NCBI GenBank assembly: GCA_963712275.1
Contig: CAVQHD010000001.1
Location: 1,184,001-1,248,000, forward strand
Length of the DNA: 64,000 bases
Origin: an uncultured Rhabdochlamydiaceae bacterium
Lineage (GTDB): Bacteria; Chlamydiota; Chlamydiia; Chlamydiales; Rhabdochlamydiaceae
Direction: 5' to 3'
The translations under genes and the position numbers were made by a program. Of the stretch, positions 1 to 9,792 are shown one piece after another (within the stretch, counting starts at the first letter, position 1; every line of letters begins with the position of its first letter). Below the pieces are notes generated by a model. That model searched no databases and was not told the DNA's origin. It saw only the letters and a list, made by a program, of their open reading frames with translations.

Positions 1-6
1 GGGGAT

Positions 7-98
7 CTTATTGCATAAATCAGTGTAAAATACCAAGAGCACCGAGAAAAAAATTAAACTCGGTGCGCTCGGTATTTTACACTGGTTTATGCAATAAG
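7..98. repeat. ~92-bp imperfect palindrome (hairpin; possible MITE or bidirectional terminator)
   Basis: CTTATTGCATAAATCAGTGTAAAATACCAAGAGCACCGAG pairs with CTCGGTGCGCTCGGTATTTTACACTGGTTTATGCAATAAG around a 12-nt A-rich loop; lies just after the MFS stop codon. Confidence 0.8.
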
Positions 99-112
99 GC
101 GCTCCTGTCAAA

Positions 113-1339
113 TCAATGCTGAGCAGTGGAATCGTAGCTGATTCCTGAGAGTGCTGGGATTTGAGCACGCCGTTTTTCATACATGAAAAGAATAGGAAGA
201 ATCAAGACGACGGTTCCGGCAATAATAGCAGCGAGTGGGTAGATAGTCGCATTGTAAAGAGCGCTTGCAAGTCCGACGACAAGAGCTGCGATGAGAAGCC
301 TTGTGCTTGTGAGCAGGCTTGCAGTAATTCCTTTAATATGGGGAAGGATTTCCATCCCTTCTGGGAAATAGAGCCCAATAATCCAATTAGCTCCAAAAGC
401 ATACAGCAGAATTCCACTGGTCAAAAGGTAAGGGTCTCGCGGTGCGAAGAGAGCTGTGACCCCAAATCCAAGTCCTCCAAGGGCAGATAAGATAACTCCC
501 GCCTTTTTGACATTTAAAGCTCCCCATTTAGCAATGGACCGTTTTAGGACAAAGCTTCCCACCAGCCATGCGCCCAGGATTGCGGCTTGGAAAAAGGGGA
601 AGAGAGACTTGCTCATTCCTAGCTCAACCACAAAGAGAACCGATGTCCCTGAAAGGAAAGCGATATAGCCTGCAAATAAAAGGCTTGTTGCAAGGGTGAG
701 TTGCCAAAAAGAGACGCTGCAGAAGGCCTGTTTAAAATCTCCTAGAACAGCTCTTGGCTGAAACGATGTCCGTTTGTCTTTGGAAAGCGTCTCCTTGAAA
801 AAGAGGCTGCACACAACAAAGCTGATCAAAACAAAAATCGCAATGGCAAGGAAGTTAGAGCGAAACCCAAACGCATGATTGAGGTATCCGCCGATCATCG
901 GAGCGGCCGCCATTGTGAGAGGAATAATCATATTTAGTGTATTGAGTGCTGAAATGGCTCGATCTTTTTGAAAGGCATCGAAAAGAATCGCCGTTCCCAG
1001 CGTGAAGCACCCTCCGCTACCAAGCCCCTGTAGAACACGCCCCCATAACATTTGATCCAAACTTTGTGCAACAAGGGTCACGATACTTCCAGCTAAAAAC
1101 ATTCCTAGCGCTATCATAAGCGGTTTTTTACGCCCAAAAGCATCGGAGAGAGGCCCATAAAGGGGGCCTGAAATGCAAATTCCGGCGAAGTTCCAGGTAA
1201 GAAGGCTTTGAATGGCTCCTTCCGAAGCGGAAAACCATTCCATCATATCTGGAAAGGCAGGCAAATAAATATCAGTCTCAATGCATGCTGCAATGAAAAT
1301 GATAAAAATCAATAACAAGTACTTTAGTTCTGTGCTCAT
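113..1339 (-). CDS. Bcr/CflA-family MFS drug-resistance transporter
   Basis: 408 aa, many TM segments; TDIYLPAFP and GPLSDAFGRKKPL MFS motifs. Confidence 0.9.
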   Translation of the reverse strand: MSTELKYLLLIFIIFIAACIETDIYLPAFPDMMEWFSASEGAIQSLLTWNFAGICISGPLYGPLSDAFGRKKPLMIALGMFLAGSIVTLVAQSLDQMLWGRVLQGLGSGGCFTLGTAILFDAFQKDRAISALNTLNMIIPLTMAAAPMIGGYLNHAFGFRSNFLAIAIFVLISFVVCSLFFKETLSKDKRTSFQPRAVLGDFKQAFCSVSFWQLTLATSLLFAGYIAFLSGTSVLFVVELGMSKSLFPFFQAAILGAWLVGSFVLKRSIAKWGALNVKKAGVILSALGGLGFGVTALFAPRDPYLLTSGILLYAFGANWIIGLYFPEGMEILPHIKGITASLLTSTRLLIAALVVGLASALYNATIYPLAAIIAGTVVLILPILFMYEKRRAQIPALSGISYDSTAQH

Positions 1340-1387
1340 AGGGCTGTCTTTGTCAGAGAGACTATAACAGATCGTCCAATAGGATGC

Positions 1388-2629
1388 TTAGGTAAATCTT
1401 TCTTTGAGCGAGCTGAGGGGAGGATCTAAAGCCAGTTCAACAAATTGTTGATTGGGGTGGTTCTGGAGGTAGCGGAAAAGTTTCCCTTTAGAAAGAGGGA
1501 TGGGTTTATTTTGAATCAAGCAAGTCAACTGATTGACGCATTCTTCAGTTAACGATTCTCGGTTAACGCCCTTAGCTAGGGGCCAAGCCGTCCACGGACA
1601 TTGCGCTAATTCTTCTGAAATTGTTTGTACGTAAATGGTGCCGTCCGGAGCTTTCATTCTAAAGCGGAGCTTTATGCGAGTCTCAATATTCGTATTCAAT
1701 AGCTTATCTTCGGCAAAGGTTCGTTCAATGGGATGTTTAGCAGGCGAATCAAAGTTAGGGAGACAGGGGATAGATAAAAACGTAAATGGGCCTATGCACT
1801 CGATTAAATGACGAATCAAATTTCTGCCATAGTTCGGCTTTTCCTTGCGATAATAACCAACGGGATGGCCGCAGAGTCTTTTGCAAAGGCCAAAATAAAG
1901 CTGATCCTGGTCAAATTTTCTAAAATGTGGGAAAAGGCACTCGTTGATTTCAATTGAAAACTTCTTTTTTAAGGCAGTAAAGGGATAAGTGGTACTGCCT
2001 GCAAAGAAGTCGCTTTCATAGCAAATATATAAAGCCTTGCATGTACGTGCAAGTCTTCCTATTTCCACCGGCGATAGGTATTTGCAACACTGGGTGAAAA
2101 TCTCAGTGATTTGCAAAGCGGGAACAGGTTCTGGAGCAGTTAATGAGATTTTATCTGCAAACTTGACCATTTCTGGCAAATCTTTCGATTCTTGATAGAC
2201 TTTTTTAAACTCTTCTAGCGGATCTCTGACAAAAACTGTGTAGGGGACTTTGGATATTTGATGAGAGGGAATAGGAGGAGGAGCGTTAAAAAATGATGAA
2301 AAAGCATGAGGCCATCGATCCAGCAAAAATAGGCGAGTTTTGTGTGCAAGAACCGCGATGAAAATAATGATGAAAAGAAAGGTCGCAAGTAGTGCAACTA
2401 CGAAAATGGCAAATAAAATTTTTAAAATAAACATAGTAATTACAGCAGTTGCTAATAGTGTCGGGATTTTTAATAGGATTGGTAATCGATAAAAGGCTTG
2501 CTCTACAGAAGCTGCACCTCTGAAAATGGCCTTGGAAGCGACTTTTGATATCGACTTTGATGACCAAGTCGAGACCTGCCCCATAGGAGAGGCGGAAGAA
2601 GGCACTAGAGACAAAATTGAACCTATCAT
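1388..2629 (-). CDS. Membrane-anchored F-box-like protein (candidate effector); start uncertain (ATG 2629 or TTG 2665)
   Basis: ~45-aa hydrophobic stretch; F-box-like EIFTQCCKYLSPVEIGRLARTCKALY; paralog of 58771..59919. Confidence 0.6.
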   Translation of the reverse strand: MIGSILSLVPSSASPMGQVSTWSSKSISKVASKAIFRGAASVEQAFYRLPILLKIPTLLATAVITMFILKILFAIFVVALLATFLFIIIFIAVLAHKTRLFLLDRWPHAFSSFFNAPPPIPSHQISKVPYTVFVRDPLEEFKKVYQESKDLPEMVKFADKISLTAPEPVPALQITEIFTQCCKYLSPVEIGRLARTCKALYICYESDFFAGSTTYPFTALKKKFSIEINECLFPHFRKFDQDQLYFGLCKRLCGHPVGYYRKEKPNYGRNLIRHLIECIGPFTFLSIPCLPNFDSPAKHPIERTFAEDKLLNTNIETRIKLRFRMKAPDGTIYVQTISEELAQCPWTAWPLAKGVNRESLTEECVNQLTCLIQNKPIPLSKGKLFRYLQNHPNQQFVELALDPPLSSLKERFT

Positions 2630-2827
2630 GCAAAAAAGTATACTAAAAAACCGACTTCTTAACAAACTCTTTGTATTATCATTAACTCTTTTAGTGATAG
2701 ATAACGGTCTTTAAATCAATAGGTTCAACTCACTCTAGCGTGGTCTTTGTTTCGAAAGTTTCTTTTGTTGCGAGTATTTCGAATAAATGCTATCTTAGAA
2801 TAAGAACTACAATACAAGGAGTATTCT

Positions 2828-3298
2828 ATGGGTATTCAATCATTTCGTATTCCTGACCCTATCATGCCAAGCGAAAGCGAAGTAGAGTTAGCTCGGATAT
2901 CCAGCCGTATTTTGTCTACAATAACTTTGAAAAAAGCCAAATCTATTGATATTTTGCTTGAAACGGACAATCATCACCGCAACACTGTAACATTACCCTT
3001 TTCTGCTTTTAATCTTTTGATCACTATTTTAACTCAAATGGCTGAAGGGAACGCGGTGACCTTAATCCCTATTCATGCTGAACTCACTACTCAAGAAGCC
3101 GCTGATTTACTGAATGTTTCACGCCCATACCTTATTCGTCTTTTAGAAGAAAAAAAGATTCCCTTTCGTAAAGTAGGAACAAGAAGACGTATTTTATTTC
3201 AAGATTTAATGGATTATAAAGCTAAAATCGATAAAGCACGTCATAAAATTTTAGATGAATTGACAGAAGAGGCGCAAAATTTAGACATGGGATATTAA
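2828..3298 (+). CDS. Excisionase-like HTH DNA-binding protein (putative antitoxin)
   Basis: ELTTQEAADLLNVSRPYLIRLLEEKKIPFRKVGTRRRI; abuts a PIN gene. Confidence 0.85.
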   Translation: MGIQSFRIPDPIMPSESEVELARISSRILSTITLKKAKSIDILLETDNHHRNTVTLPFSAFNLLITILTQMAEGNAVTLIPIHAELTTQEAADLLNVSRPYLIRLLEEKKIPFRKVGTRRRILFQDLMDYKAKIDKARHKILDELTEEAQNLDMGY

Positions 3299-3868
3299 AT
3301 GGCTAATTTTATTGTCATCTATGACTCTTGTGTCCTCTACCCAGCTCCTCTTCGTGATTTATTGATGCGGCTTGCGATGACCGATCTTTATCAGGCAAAA
3401 TGGACAAAGGACATCCATCGAGAATGGATGCGCAATCTTTTAAAAAATCGTCCTGATCTGTCGGAAGAACGGTTAGAGAAAACGCGATCTAAGATGGATT
3501 TGCATGTCAGGGATTGTCTTGTCGAAGGATATGAAGAATTGATCGGGGGTTTAAATTTGCCAGACCCCAAGGATCGACATGTTCTAGCAGCAGCTATCAG
3601 AGCAAATGCACAAACAATTGTAACCTACAATCTCTCGGATTTTCCCTTACGGGCCATTTCTAAATATGACATCGATGCCCAACATCCTGATGAATTTTTG
3701 CGGCATTTACTGGATTTGTCTCCAGCCAAAATTATGCGTACAGTACAAGAGACAAGATTAAGTCTAAAAAATCCTCCTAAAAGCTCGGATGAATATTTAG
3801 CAATCTTGGAAAAACAATCACTTCCTCAAATGGTCGCCTGCTTGAAGGAATATTCATGGCTTATTTGA
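3299..3868 (+). CDS. PIN-domain protein (putative TA toxin)
   Basis: IYDSCVLYPAPLRDLL, PDPKDRHVLAAA and IVTYNLSDFP PIN motifs. Confidence 0.85.
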   Translation: MANFIVIYDSCVLYPAPLRDLLMRLAMTDLYQAKWTKDIHREWMRNLLKNRPDLSEERLEKTRSKMDLHVRDCLVEGYEELIGGLNLPDPKDRHVLAAAIRANAQTIVTYNLSDFPLRAISKYDIDAQHPDEFLRHLLDLSPAKIMRTVQETRLSLKNPPKSSDEYLAILEKQSLPQMVACLKEYSWLI

Positions 3869-3915
3869 AGGCGCGTTTCAGCAGATCAATACAAAAGATT
3901 GTACGGTCACTCTAA

Positions 3916-4085
3916 GAAGCTGTCTTAAAACTCAGGTTTCGTCGCTTTTTGGAGGATTTTTGGCCAATTTTCGCTTTATTTGGTGGGGGTAATATACGAA
4001 AGTTGATATAACCCCCACCAAATAAAGCGAAAATTGGCTCAAAAAGCCCCAAAAATCGACAGAAACTGAGTTTTAAGACAGCTTC
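3916..4085. mobile_element. Palindromic MITE-like element, copy 1 (170 bp, TSD TAA)
   Basis: GAAGCTGTCTTAAAACTCAG...CTGAGTTTTAAGACAGCTTC; whole element folds back; TAA at 3913-3915 and 4086-4088. Confidence 0.9.
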
Positions 4086-6217
4086 TAAGAAAGCTGCACC
4101 CGCCCCAGCGGCTGGATGCGCATCTCAGGGACGATCTCTTGGTAGGAGACGACGGGAAGGTCGGGGTATTCTCCCTCGATGAGTTTTCGGGCAAATCGCC
4201 TGACGTCGATCGCGGTGAGGAGGACGGGGGGCTGGCCGCCGGCTGGGGTCGGAACGATGACGGAGCGCATCGCTTGCATGATCATTTGAACAGAGTCAGG
4301 ATCGAGGGCTAGGTAGGAGCCGGCAGAGGTTTGTTTGATGGCGCCGCGGATCATGTCTTCAATGACGGGATCGAGGAGGTAGACGGCTAGGACTGACTGT
4401 CCTTGAGAGTATTTGTAGCTGATATACCGTTTGAGAGAGGATCGGACGTATTCTGTCAAAAGAACGGTGTCTTTTTCCGTTTGAGCCCATTCACTGAGCG
4501 CCTCTAAGATGGTACGGAGGTCTTTAATCGAAATTTGCTCTTGGACAAGGCGGCGGAAAATCTCCGTGAGCTTTTGAAGGGGGACAAGACGGGTGACCTC
4601 TTTGACAAGATCGGGATACGACTTTTCAACAAACTCTAAAATCGCTCGGACTTCCTGGATGCCGATAAAGTCGCTCGCATGCATGCGGTAAAAGTACGAG
4701 AGATGAAGAATCATCACCTCTTGAGCTTTCCAGAACTTGATTCCCGCTTTTTGGAGAACCTCTTGGTACCTCGTGTCAACCCAAATCGAAGGTTGTCCAA
4801 ACACCGTTTTTGTCTGGGTGAAAGGAAGGTTGTATTTTCGAAGGATTTCGGAGGATTCATTAACGAGGAGAAACCCTTCAGGGATTTTTCCACGGACGAC
4901 AGGAACTTCATTCAGATAGATCGCATATTCATCAGATTCTAGCCCCGGAGCGTCGGTGCGGACATGGACCCCCGGGAACCTGACCCCTAAGTCTTGATAA
5001 AGGGCATGCCGCATTTTGGGGATCATCTCTTCGATAAATGTCATCCCTCCCCGGTCTTTTTTCATGAGCTGAGAGAGGGTTTTCCCAACTTCTAGAATAA
5101 CGGGAAGCGTCAGGGCATATTCGTCACTGGGGCCTCGGACCATTGTATGTCCTTCGACATCGGCCCCCCCCATTCCCGCAACAGCGCCGGTCGCTACTTT
5201 AGCGGCCATTTTTTTCGCTTTATACAACCTGGTTGTGCCAATGCTGCCTAAAAGAAGGGCAAGGATGATAAAGATCGTTCTTGGGAAGCCTGGAATAAAC
5301 GACATCAGAAGGAGAACAGCGGCAGCGATGATGATCGCTTTTGGCTGCCCTAAAAGCTGAGTGCTAATTTCTTTTCCAAGAGGAGAATCTTTTTTATCAC
5401 TTGAAACACGGGTGGTGACAATCCCTGCTGTCATTGAAATGAGAAGAGAGGGGATCTGGGAGACAAGGCCTGAGCCGATCGAAAGAAGGGTATAGGTTTG
5501 GGCTGCCTGAAGCGCTGACATATGGTGCATAGAGACCCCGATAATCAGACCCCCGATAATGTTGATGACGGCAATCACGATTCCCGCGATGACATCTCCC
5601 TTGACGAACTTCATCGCTCCGTCCATCGCTCCATACAGCTGGCTTTCCTTGGCCAAAGCGAGGCGAAGTTCTCTCGCTTGATTCGCATCGATGATCCCGC
5701 TGCGCATGTCGGCGTCGATGCTCATTTGTTTACCGGGCATCGCATCCAAGGTAAACCGGGCAGCGACTTCCGCAACACGCTCCGCACCCTTTGTGACGAC
5801 GATGAATTGAACGATCGTGATGATTAAGAAGACGACGCCGCCAACGACAAAGTTTCCTCCTACTACAAAGTTTCCGAAGGTTTGGATGATGTGGCCTGCA
5901 TAGGCGTAGAGTAAAATTTGCTTTGTGGCAGAAATTTCAATTCCTAAGCGAAAGAGCGTTGTGATAAGGAGAAGAGAGGGGAACATCGACAAGTTAACTG
6001 CTTTGGGAATGTAAAGAGCAACCATCATCAGGGCAATAGAAACCGTCATGTTGATGGCAATCAAATTATCCAAAAAAGTCGGGGAGACGGGAATGATGAT
6101 CATCATGATGATCGTGATCACGAAAAAGGCTAAAATGACGTCGCTCGATTGAGAAAGGACCTTAAGAACTTTTTCTCCTCCCAGCAGACGGGCTAGGGAT
6201 TGCCAGAAATTTTTCAT
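4085..6217 (-). CDS. sctV: Type III secretion export gate SctV/CdsV (LcrD/FlhA family)
   Basis: GAERVAEVAARFTLDAMPGKQMSIDAD and GAMDGAMKFVKGD motifs; ATG overlaps the sctU stop. Confidence 0.97.
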   Translation of the reverse strand: MKNFWQSLARLLGGEKVLKVLSQSSDVILAFFVITIIMMIIIPVSPTFLDNLIAINMTVSIALMMVALYIPKAVNLSMFPSLLLITTLFRLGIEISATKQILLYAYAGHIIQTFGNFVVGGNFVVGGVVFLIITIVQFIVVTKGAERVAEVAARFTLDAMPGKQMSIDADMRSGIIDANQARELRLALAKESQLYGAMDGAMKFVKGDVIAGIVIAVINIIGGLIIGVSMHHMSALQAAQTYTLLSIGSGLVSQIPSLLISMTAGIVTTRVSSDKKDSPLGKEISTQLLGQPKAIIIAAAVLLLMSFIPGFPRTIFIILALLLGSIGTTRLYKAKKMAAKVATGAVAGMGGADVEGHTMVRGPSDEYALTLPVILEVGKTLSQLMKKDRGGMTFIEEMIPKMRHALYQDLGVRFPGVHVRTDAPGLESDEYAIYLNEVPVVRGKIPEGFLLVNESSEILRKYNLPFTQTKTVFGQPSIWVDTRYQEVLQKAGIKFWKAQEVMILHLSYFYRMHASDFIGIQEVRAILEFVEKSYPDLVKEVTRLVPLQKLTEIFRRLVQEQISIKDLRTILEALSEWAQTEKDTVLLTEYVRSSLKRYISYKYSQGQSVLAVYLLDPVIEDMIRGAIKQTSAGSYLALDPDSVQMIMQAMRSVIVPTPAGGQPPVLLTAIDVRRFARKLIEGEYPDLPVVSYQEIVPEMRIQPLGRVQLS

Positions 6218-7275
6218 TGGAAGAGCTCTCCTTCTTCTTTGAGCCGTTTTACCCACTGCAGAATCTCCGCAACGGCTTCATATGTCTCGTCTGGAATATA
6301 ATCGCCGATTTTCCCTTTCTGGGAAAGGGTTTGTGCAAGGGAGACGTTTCTCATGATAGGAACACCTGCTTCTTGCCCAAACCGGACGATTTGATCTGCA
6401 ACGATTCCCTGTCCCATCGTGACAATACGGGGAGCGGGCTCTTTTTCTTCGTGGTATTCAATGGCTACAGCAAGGTGAATAGGGTTTGTAATGATCGCGC
6501 GTGCCCTTCTTGCCGATATCGGCCCCTCTTGGTAAGCAATTTCTTGAGCCGTCTGTCGTCTTCGGCTTTTGAGGTGGGGATCTCCCTCCGTGTCGCGGAA
6601 TTCCTGCTTCACTTCAAATTTTTCCATCTTCATTTCTTTCCCGAAGTTATACCGTTGGAAGGCAAGGTCAAAAATGGCTACAATCAAGAAAAAAATACCA
6701 ACGCGGATGATCACCTTAAACAAGAAATCGGAAAAGACGACTGCAGCCCCCACAGGCGGCATAGCCGCAGTAGAGACGATCTCGGGAATGCTATTGTAAA
6801 TCACCGAGTAAATCAAAATCATCGCGCCTGCAATTTTTAAAATCGATTTTAAAAGCTCAATCCATGTTTTGATCTTAAACATGTTTTTAAGGTTTGTCAC
6901 AGGATTGAGTCTTTTGGGATCGATTTTCAGGACTTCTCCTGAAAAAACGGGACCGACAATCAGAAAGGTGACAAGAACGCCGATGAAGGCCGTAATGAGG
7001 GCAATGGGGAGAGTGCTTTGCAGAATGACTAGAAGCGACTGGCCCAGAATGCCTCCAATGCGGGAAGAGAAGTCGGTTGTGCTCCCAATGCTTTTAAAAG
7101 TGCTTACCATGAACCCAGCCATCTGCTCAAAAAGAAATTTTGTGCTAAAAAGGGTGACGGCAACCGATACAATAAAGGTGAATGCGGAAGGAAAGTCTTG
7201 AGACTTGGCAACCTGCCCTTTTTTACGCGCATCGCGTAGCTTTTTCGGGGTCGCCTTTTCTGTTTTTTCTGCCAT
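6214..7275 (-). CDS. sctU: Type III secretion switch protein SctU/CdsU (YscU/FlhB family)
   Basis: EKTEKATPKKLRDARKKGQV; NPIH at the NPTH autocleavage position. Confidence 0.95.
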   Translation of the reverse strand: MAEKTEKATPKKLRDARKKGQVAKSQDFPSAFTFIVSVAVTLFSTKFLFEQMAGFMVSTFKSIGSTTDFSSRIGGILGQSLLVILQSTLPIALITAFIGVLVTFLIVGPVFSGEVLKIDPKRLNPVTNLKNMFKIKTWIELLKSILKIAGAMILIYSVIYNSIPEIVSTAAMPPVGAAVVFSDFLFKVIIRVGIFFLIVAIFDLAFQRYNFGKEMKMEKFEVKQEFRDTEGDPHLKSRRRQTAQEIAYQEGPISARRARAIITNPIHLAVAIEYHEEKEPAPRIVTMGQGIVADQIVRFGQEAGVPIMRNVSLAQTLSQKGKIGDYIPDETYEAVAEILQWVKRLKEEGELFQ

Positions 7276-7589
7276 TGGGTACTAGAATTAATCGTACCGT
7301 ATGCAGTGGAATTTTAGCAAAGTGCTGATTGTAAAGGGATGCAACTATAAGTGGTGGAAAGCAAATTCTTGAAAAGATCCTGGTTATACGCGATATGCGA
7401 ATTTTTCTGGTAGGTCGATAGAAAAATAGCAGGAGTACTTTGTTACATGGCAGCAACACGATTAACGATGGAAACGATACAACGATAAAAGTTAGAGCCA
7501 AGGCCCCGAAAGAAATTCCATCGTTTTAATCGTTACATCTAAGGTTGAATGTAAAATGTTTTTATGGCACATGGTTGTTTGAGATCCCT

Positions 7590-8126
7590 ATGACAAAAAA
7601 ATCTATCCCTTTATCACAAGTTTATCGATTGCTTGAGCCGGGACCTGTGGTGATGGTTACGACTGCTGACGAGGATAAGGCTAATGTGATGACCATGTCA
7701 TGGCATATGATGATCGATTTTGAGCCGCCGATTTTAGGGTGTGTGATCAGCGATCAAAATGCCACCTTTAAGGTCTTAAAAAAAACAAAAGAGTGCGTAA
7801 TTAATATCCCCACTGTTGCGCTAGCTGCAAAAGTTGTCGGGGTTGGAAATACGTCGGGGCGCACCGTCGATAAGTTTGAGAAATTTCAGCTTGCAAAGGA
7901 AGAGGCTTCGCAGGTAAAAGCCCCGCTTCTGACAGAGTGTTATGCGAACCTTGAGTGCAAGGTGATCGATATGAAAATGGCCGCAAAATACAACATATTC
8001 ATCCTAGAGGTTCTCAAAGCGTGGATCAGGCCTGCGAAAAAAAGGGCGCGTATGATTCACTATTGCGGAAAAGGCGTTTTTGTCGTTGACGGAGAGATCT
8101 TTAAGCTTCCTTCGAGAAAGAAGTAA
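7590..8126 (+). CDS. Flavin reductase-like family protein
   Basis: YRLLEPGPVVMVTT, ECVINIP, GRTVDKF and ANLECKV motifs. Confidence 0.85.
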   Translation: MTKKSIPLSQVYRLLEPGPVVMVTTADEDKANVMTMSWHMMIDFEPPILGCVISDQNATFKVLKKTKECVINIPTVALAAKVVGVGNTSGRTVDKFEKFQLAKEEASQVKAPLLTECYANLECKVIDMKMAAKYNIFILEVLKAWIRPAKKRARMIHYCGKGVFVVDGEIFKLPSRKK

Positions 8127-8139
8127 ACTTCTCAGAATT

Positions 8140-9780
8140 TTAATCATCCCCGAAAGTGAAGGCATAAGCTTTGATGCCTGGAGGCACTTTTATAGAGAGC
8201 AGATGTCTTTTGTAAGAGGTGGTGACGATATCGTATTTTCTATCGCCATCGATCTCAATTTTGCCATGAAATTCGCCATCTAGGATAACCTCAAGGGGAG
8301 CTAGGCTGGATCCTGCTAAGACGAGGTGGACACGTGTTGCCAAGAAATTACAATCTAGATAGCTGTTATCCCCTTCCGCCAAAATATATTCCTCTTCTGC
8401 ACGCCAGGGTCCTCGGAGTCCTATTAGATCATTTCTCAAAGGGGCTGTATATTGATAATCAACTGTTTGGTTTGCAGTCACACTCATTTGGTAGCTGCGG
8501 CCTCTAGAAAGTCCTAAGTAGGTTTCAGGGGAAATTAAGCGCGTGGTCTGCTTTGGTTCTTGCATCTCCAAGGGATTTAATCCTAAAAGCGCGCGAATGC
8601 CGTTTTCTGTTTCAACGTAAGCCCCTTCCCCAAAGTGCACCATACGAATAATCCCCTCTTGATCAATGAGAAAATGGGCTGGCCAATAATGGTTATGGTA
8701 GGCATTCCAAGTCGCATAATGATTGTCGAGGGCAATGGGATATTTGATTCCTAATCTTTCAGCAGCTTGTTTGACGTTGTTGTAATCTTTTTCAAATTCA
8801 AACTCAGGCGTATGGACGCCAATAATGACAAATCCATAACTTTTGTAATCATAATACCAATTTTTAAGATAGGGAAGAGTTCTCAGGCAATTGATGCAGC
8901 TGTAGGTCCAGAAATCGATTAAAACAACTTTTCCTTTCAGCTGAGATAAAGTGAGGGGAGGGGAGTTGATCCATCCGACAATTCCAGTGAGCTCTGGGGC
9001 CTTTCCACTTTCCGATAAAATCTCTTGCCCTTCTATGGCCTTTAACTGTTTCCCAATAGGGAGGTTCTTTTCCGAAAGCAGCTCAGGGAAAAAATGGGAT
9101 AATTTCTCATTCAGAAGCATAGTCCAATTAAATGTTAATAAGAGAGCAAACAAGAGCATCAAAACGCCAAAAAACTGTCGAATCCGCTCTGAATAACGGG
9201 AAAGAAAACGGGAGGTTTGGATGAGTTTTGCACTGCCATAGGCAAAAAGAAACATCGGAATGCCCGCTCCGATGCTATAAGAGAGGGTCATCAAAACAGC
9301 GGCCGCATTGATCGATTGAGTAGCGACAAGAGTTGTGATCGCTCCAAGAATAGGTCCTGCACAAGGTGTCCAAAGCAGACCCAAAGCTAAGCCAAAAAAA
9401 ATCCCTCCCCAAAAACCAGGGCGCTGCTTTGACCCTGGGATTTTCTGACCGAGGTTTGCAATGGGAGCTGTCACTTTTGCAAACCAATTGGACAATTTAG
9501 GAAAAGTCATTACAAGGCCAAAAAAGAAAATAAGGACGATCGCAACGGAACGGAGAATGTTTGGAGAGAGTCCAGTTGTATGAACGAGCCACGTAAGGGC
9601 TAGAGTAAAAAAAGAAAAACTGGAAATAAGGCCTAGAATGGTGCCTAAAGGACGAAGCCGTCCTTCAGCAACCCCTGCAGCCAAAATAGCAGGAAGCACA
9701 GGTACAATACAGGGGGAAAGGGCTGTAAAAATCCCCCCTAAAAAAGAAAATACAAGCAAAAGTAACATCAGCTCAACCAA
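8140..9780 (-). CDS. dipZ: Cytochrome c biogenesis protein DipZ (CcdA plus thioredoxin domain)
   Basis: LSPCIVPVLP, WTPCAGPILG, DFWTYSCINC and SPETYLG motifs. Confidence 0.9.
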   Translation of the reverse strand: MVELMLLLLVFSFLGGIFTALSPCIVPVLPAILAAGVAEGRLRPLGTILGLISSFSFFTLALTWLVHTTGLSPNILRSVAIVLIFFFGLVMTFPKLSNWFAKVTAPIANLGQKIPGSKQRPGFWGGIFFGLALGLLWTPCAGPILGAITTLVATQSINAAAVLMTLSYSIGAGIPMFLFAYGSAKLIQTSRFLSRYSERIRQFFGVLMLLFALLLTFNWTMLLNEKLSHFFPELLSEKNLPIGKQLKAIEGQEILSESGKAPELTGIVGWINSPPLTLSQLKGKVVLIDFWTYSCINCLRTLPYLKNWYYDYKSYGFVIIGVHTPEFEFEKDYNNVKQAAERLGIKYPIALDNHYATWNAYHNHYWPAHFLIDQEGIIRMVHFGEGAYVETENGIRALLGLNPLEMQEPKQTTRLISPETYLGLSRGRSYQMSVTANQTVDYQYTAPLRNDLIGLRGPWRAEEEYILAEGDNSYLDCNFLATRVHLVLAGSSLAPLEVILDGEFHGKIEIDGDRKYDIVTTSYKRHLLSIKVPPGIKAYAFTFGDD

Positions 9781-9792
9781 ATTCGGTAGAGC

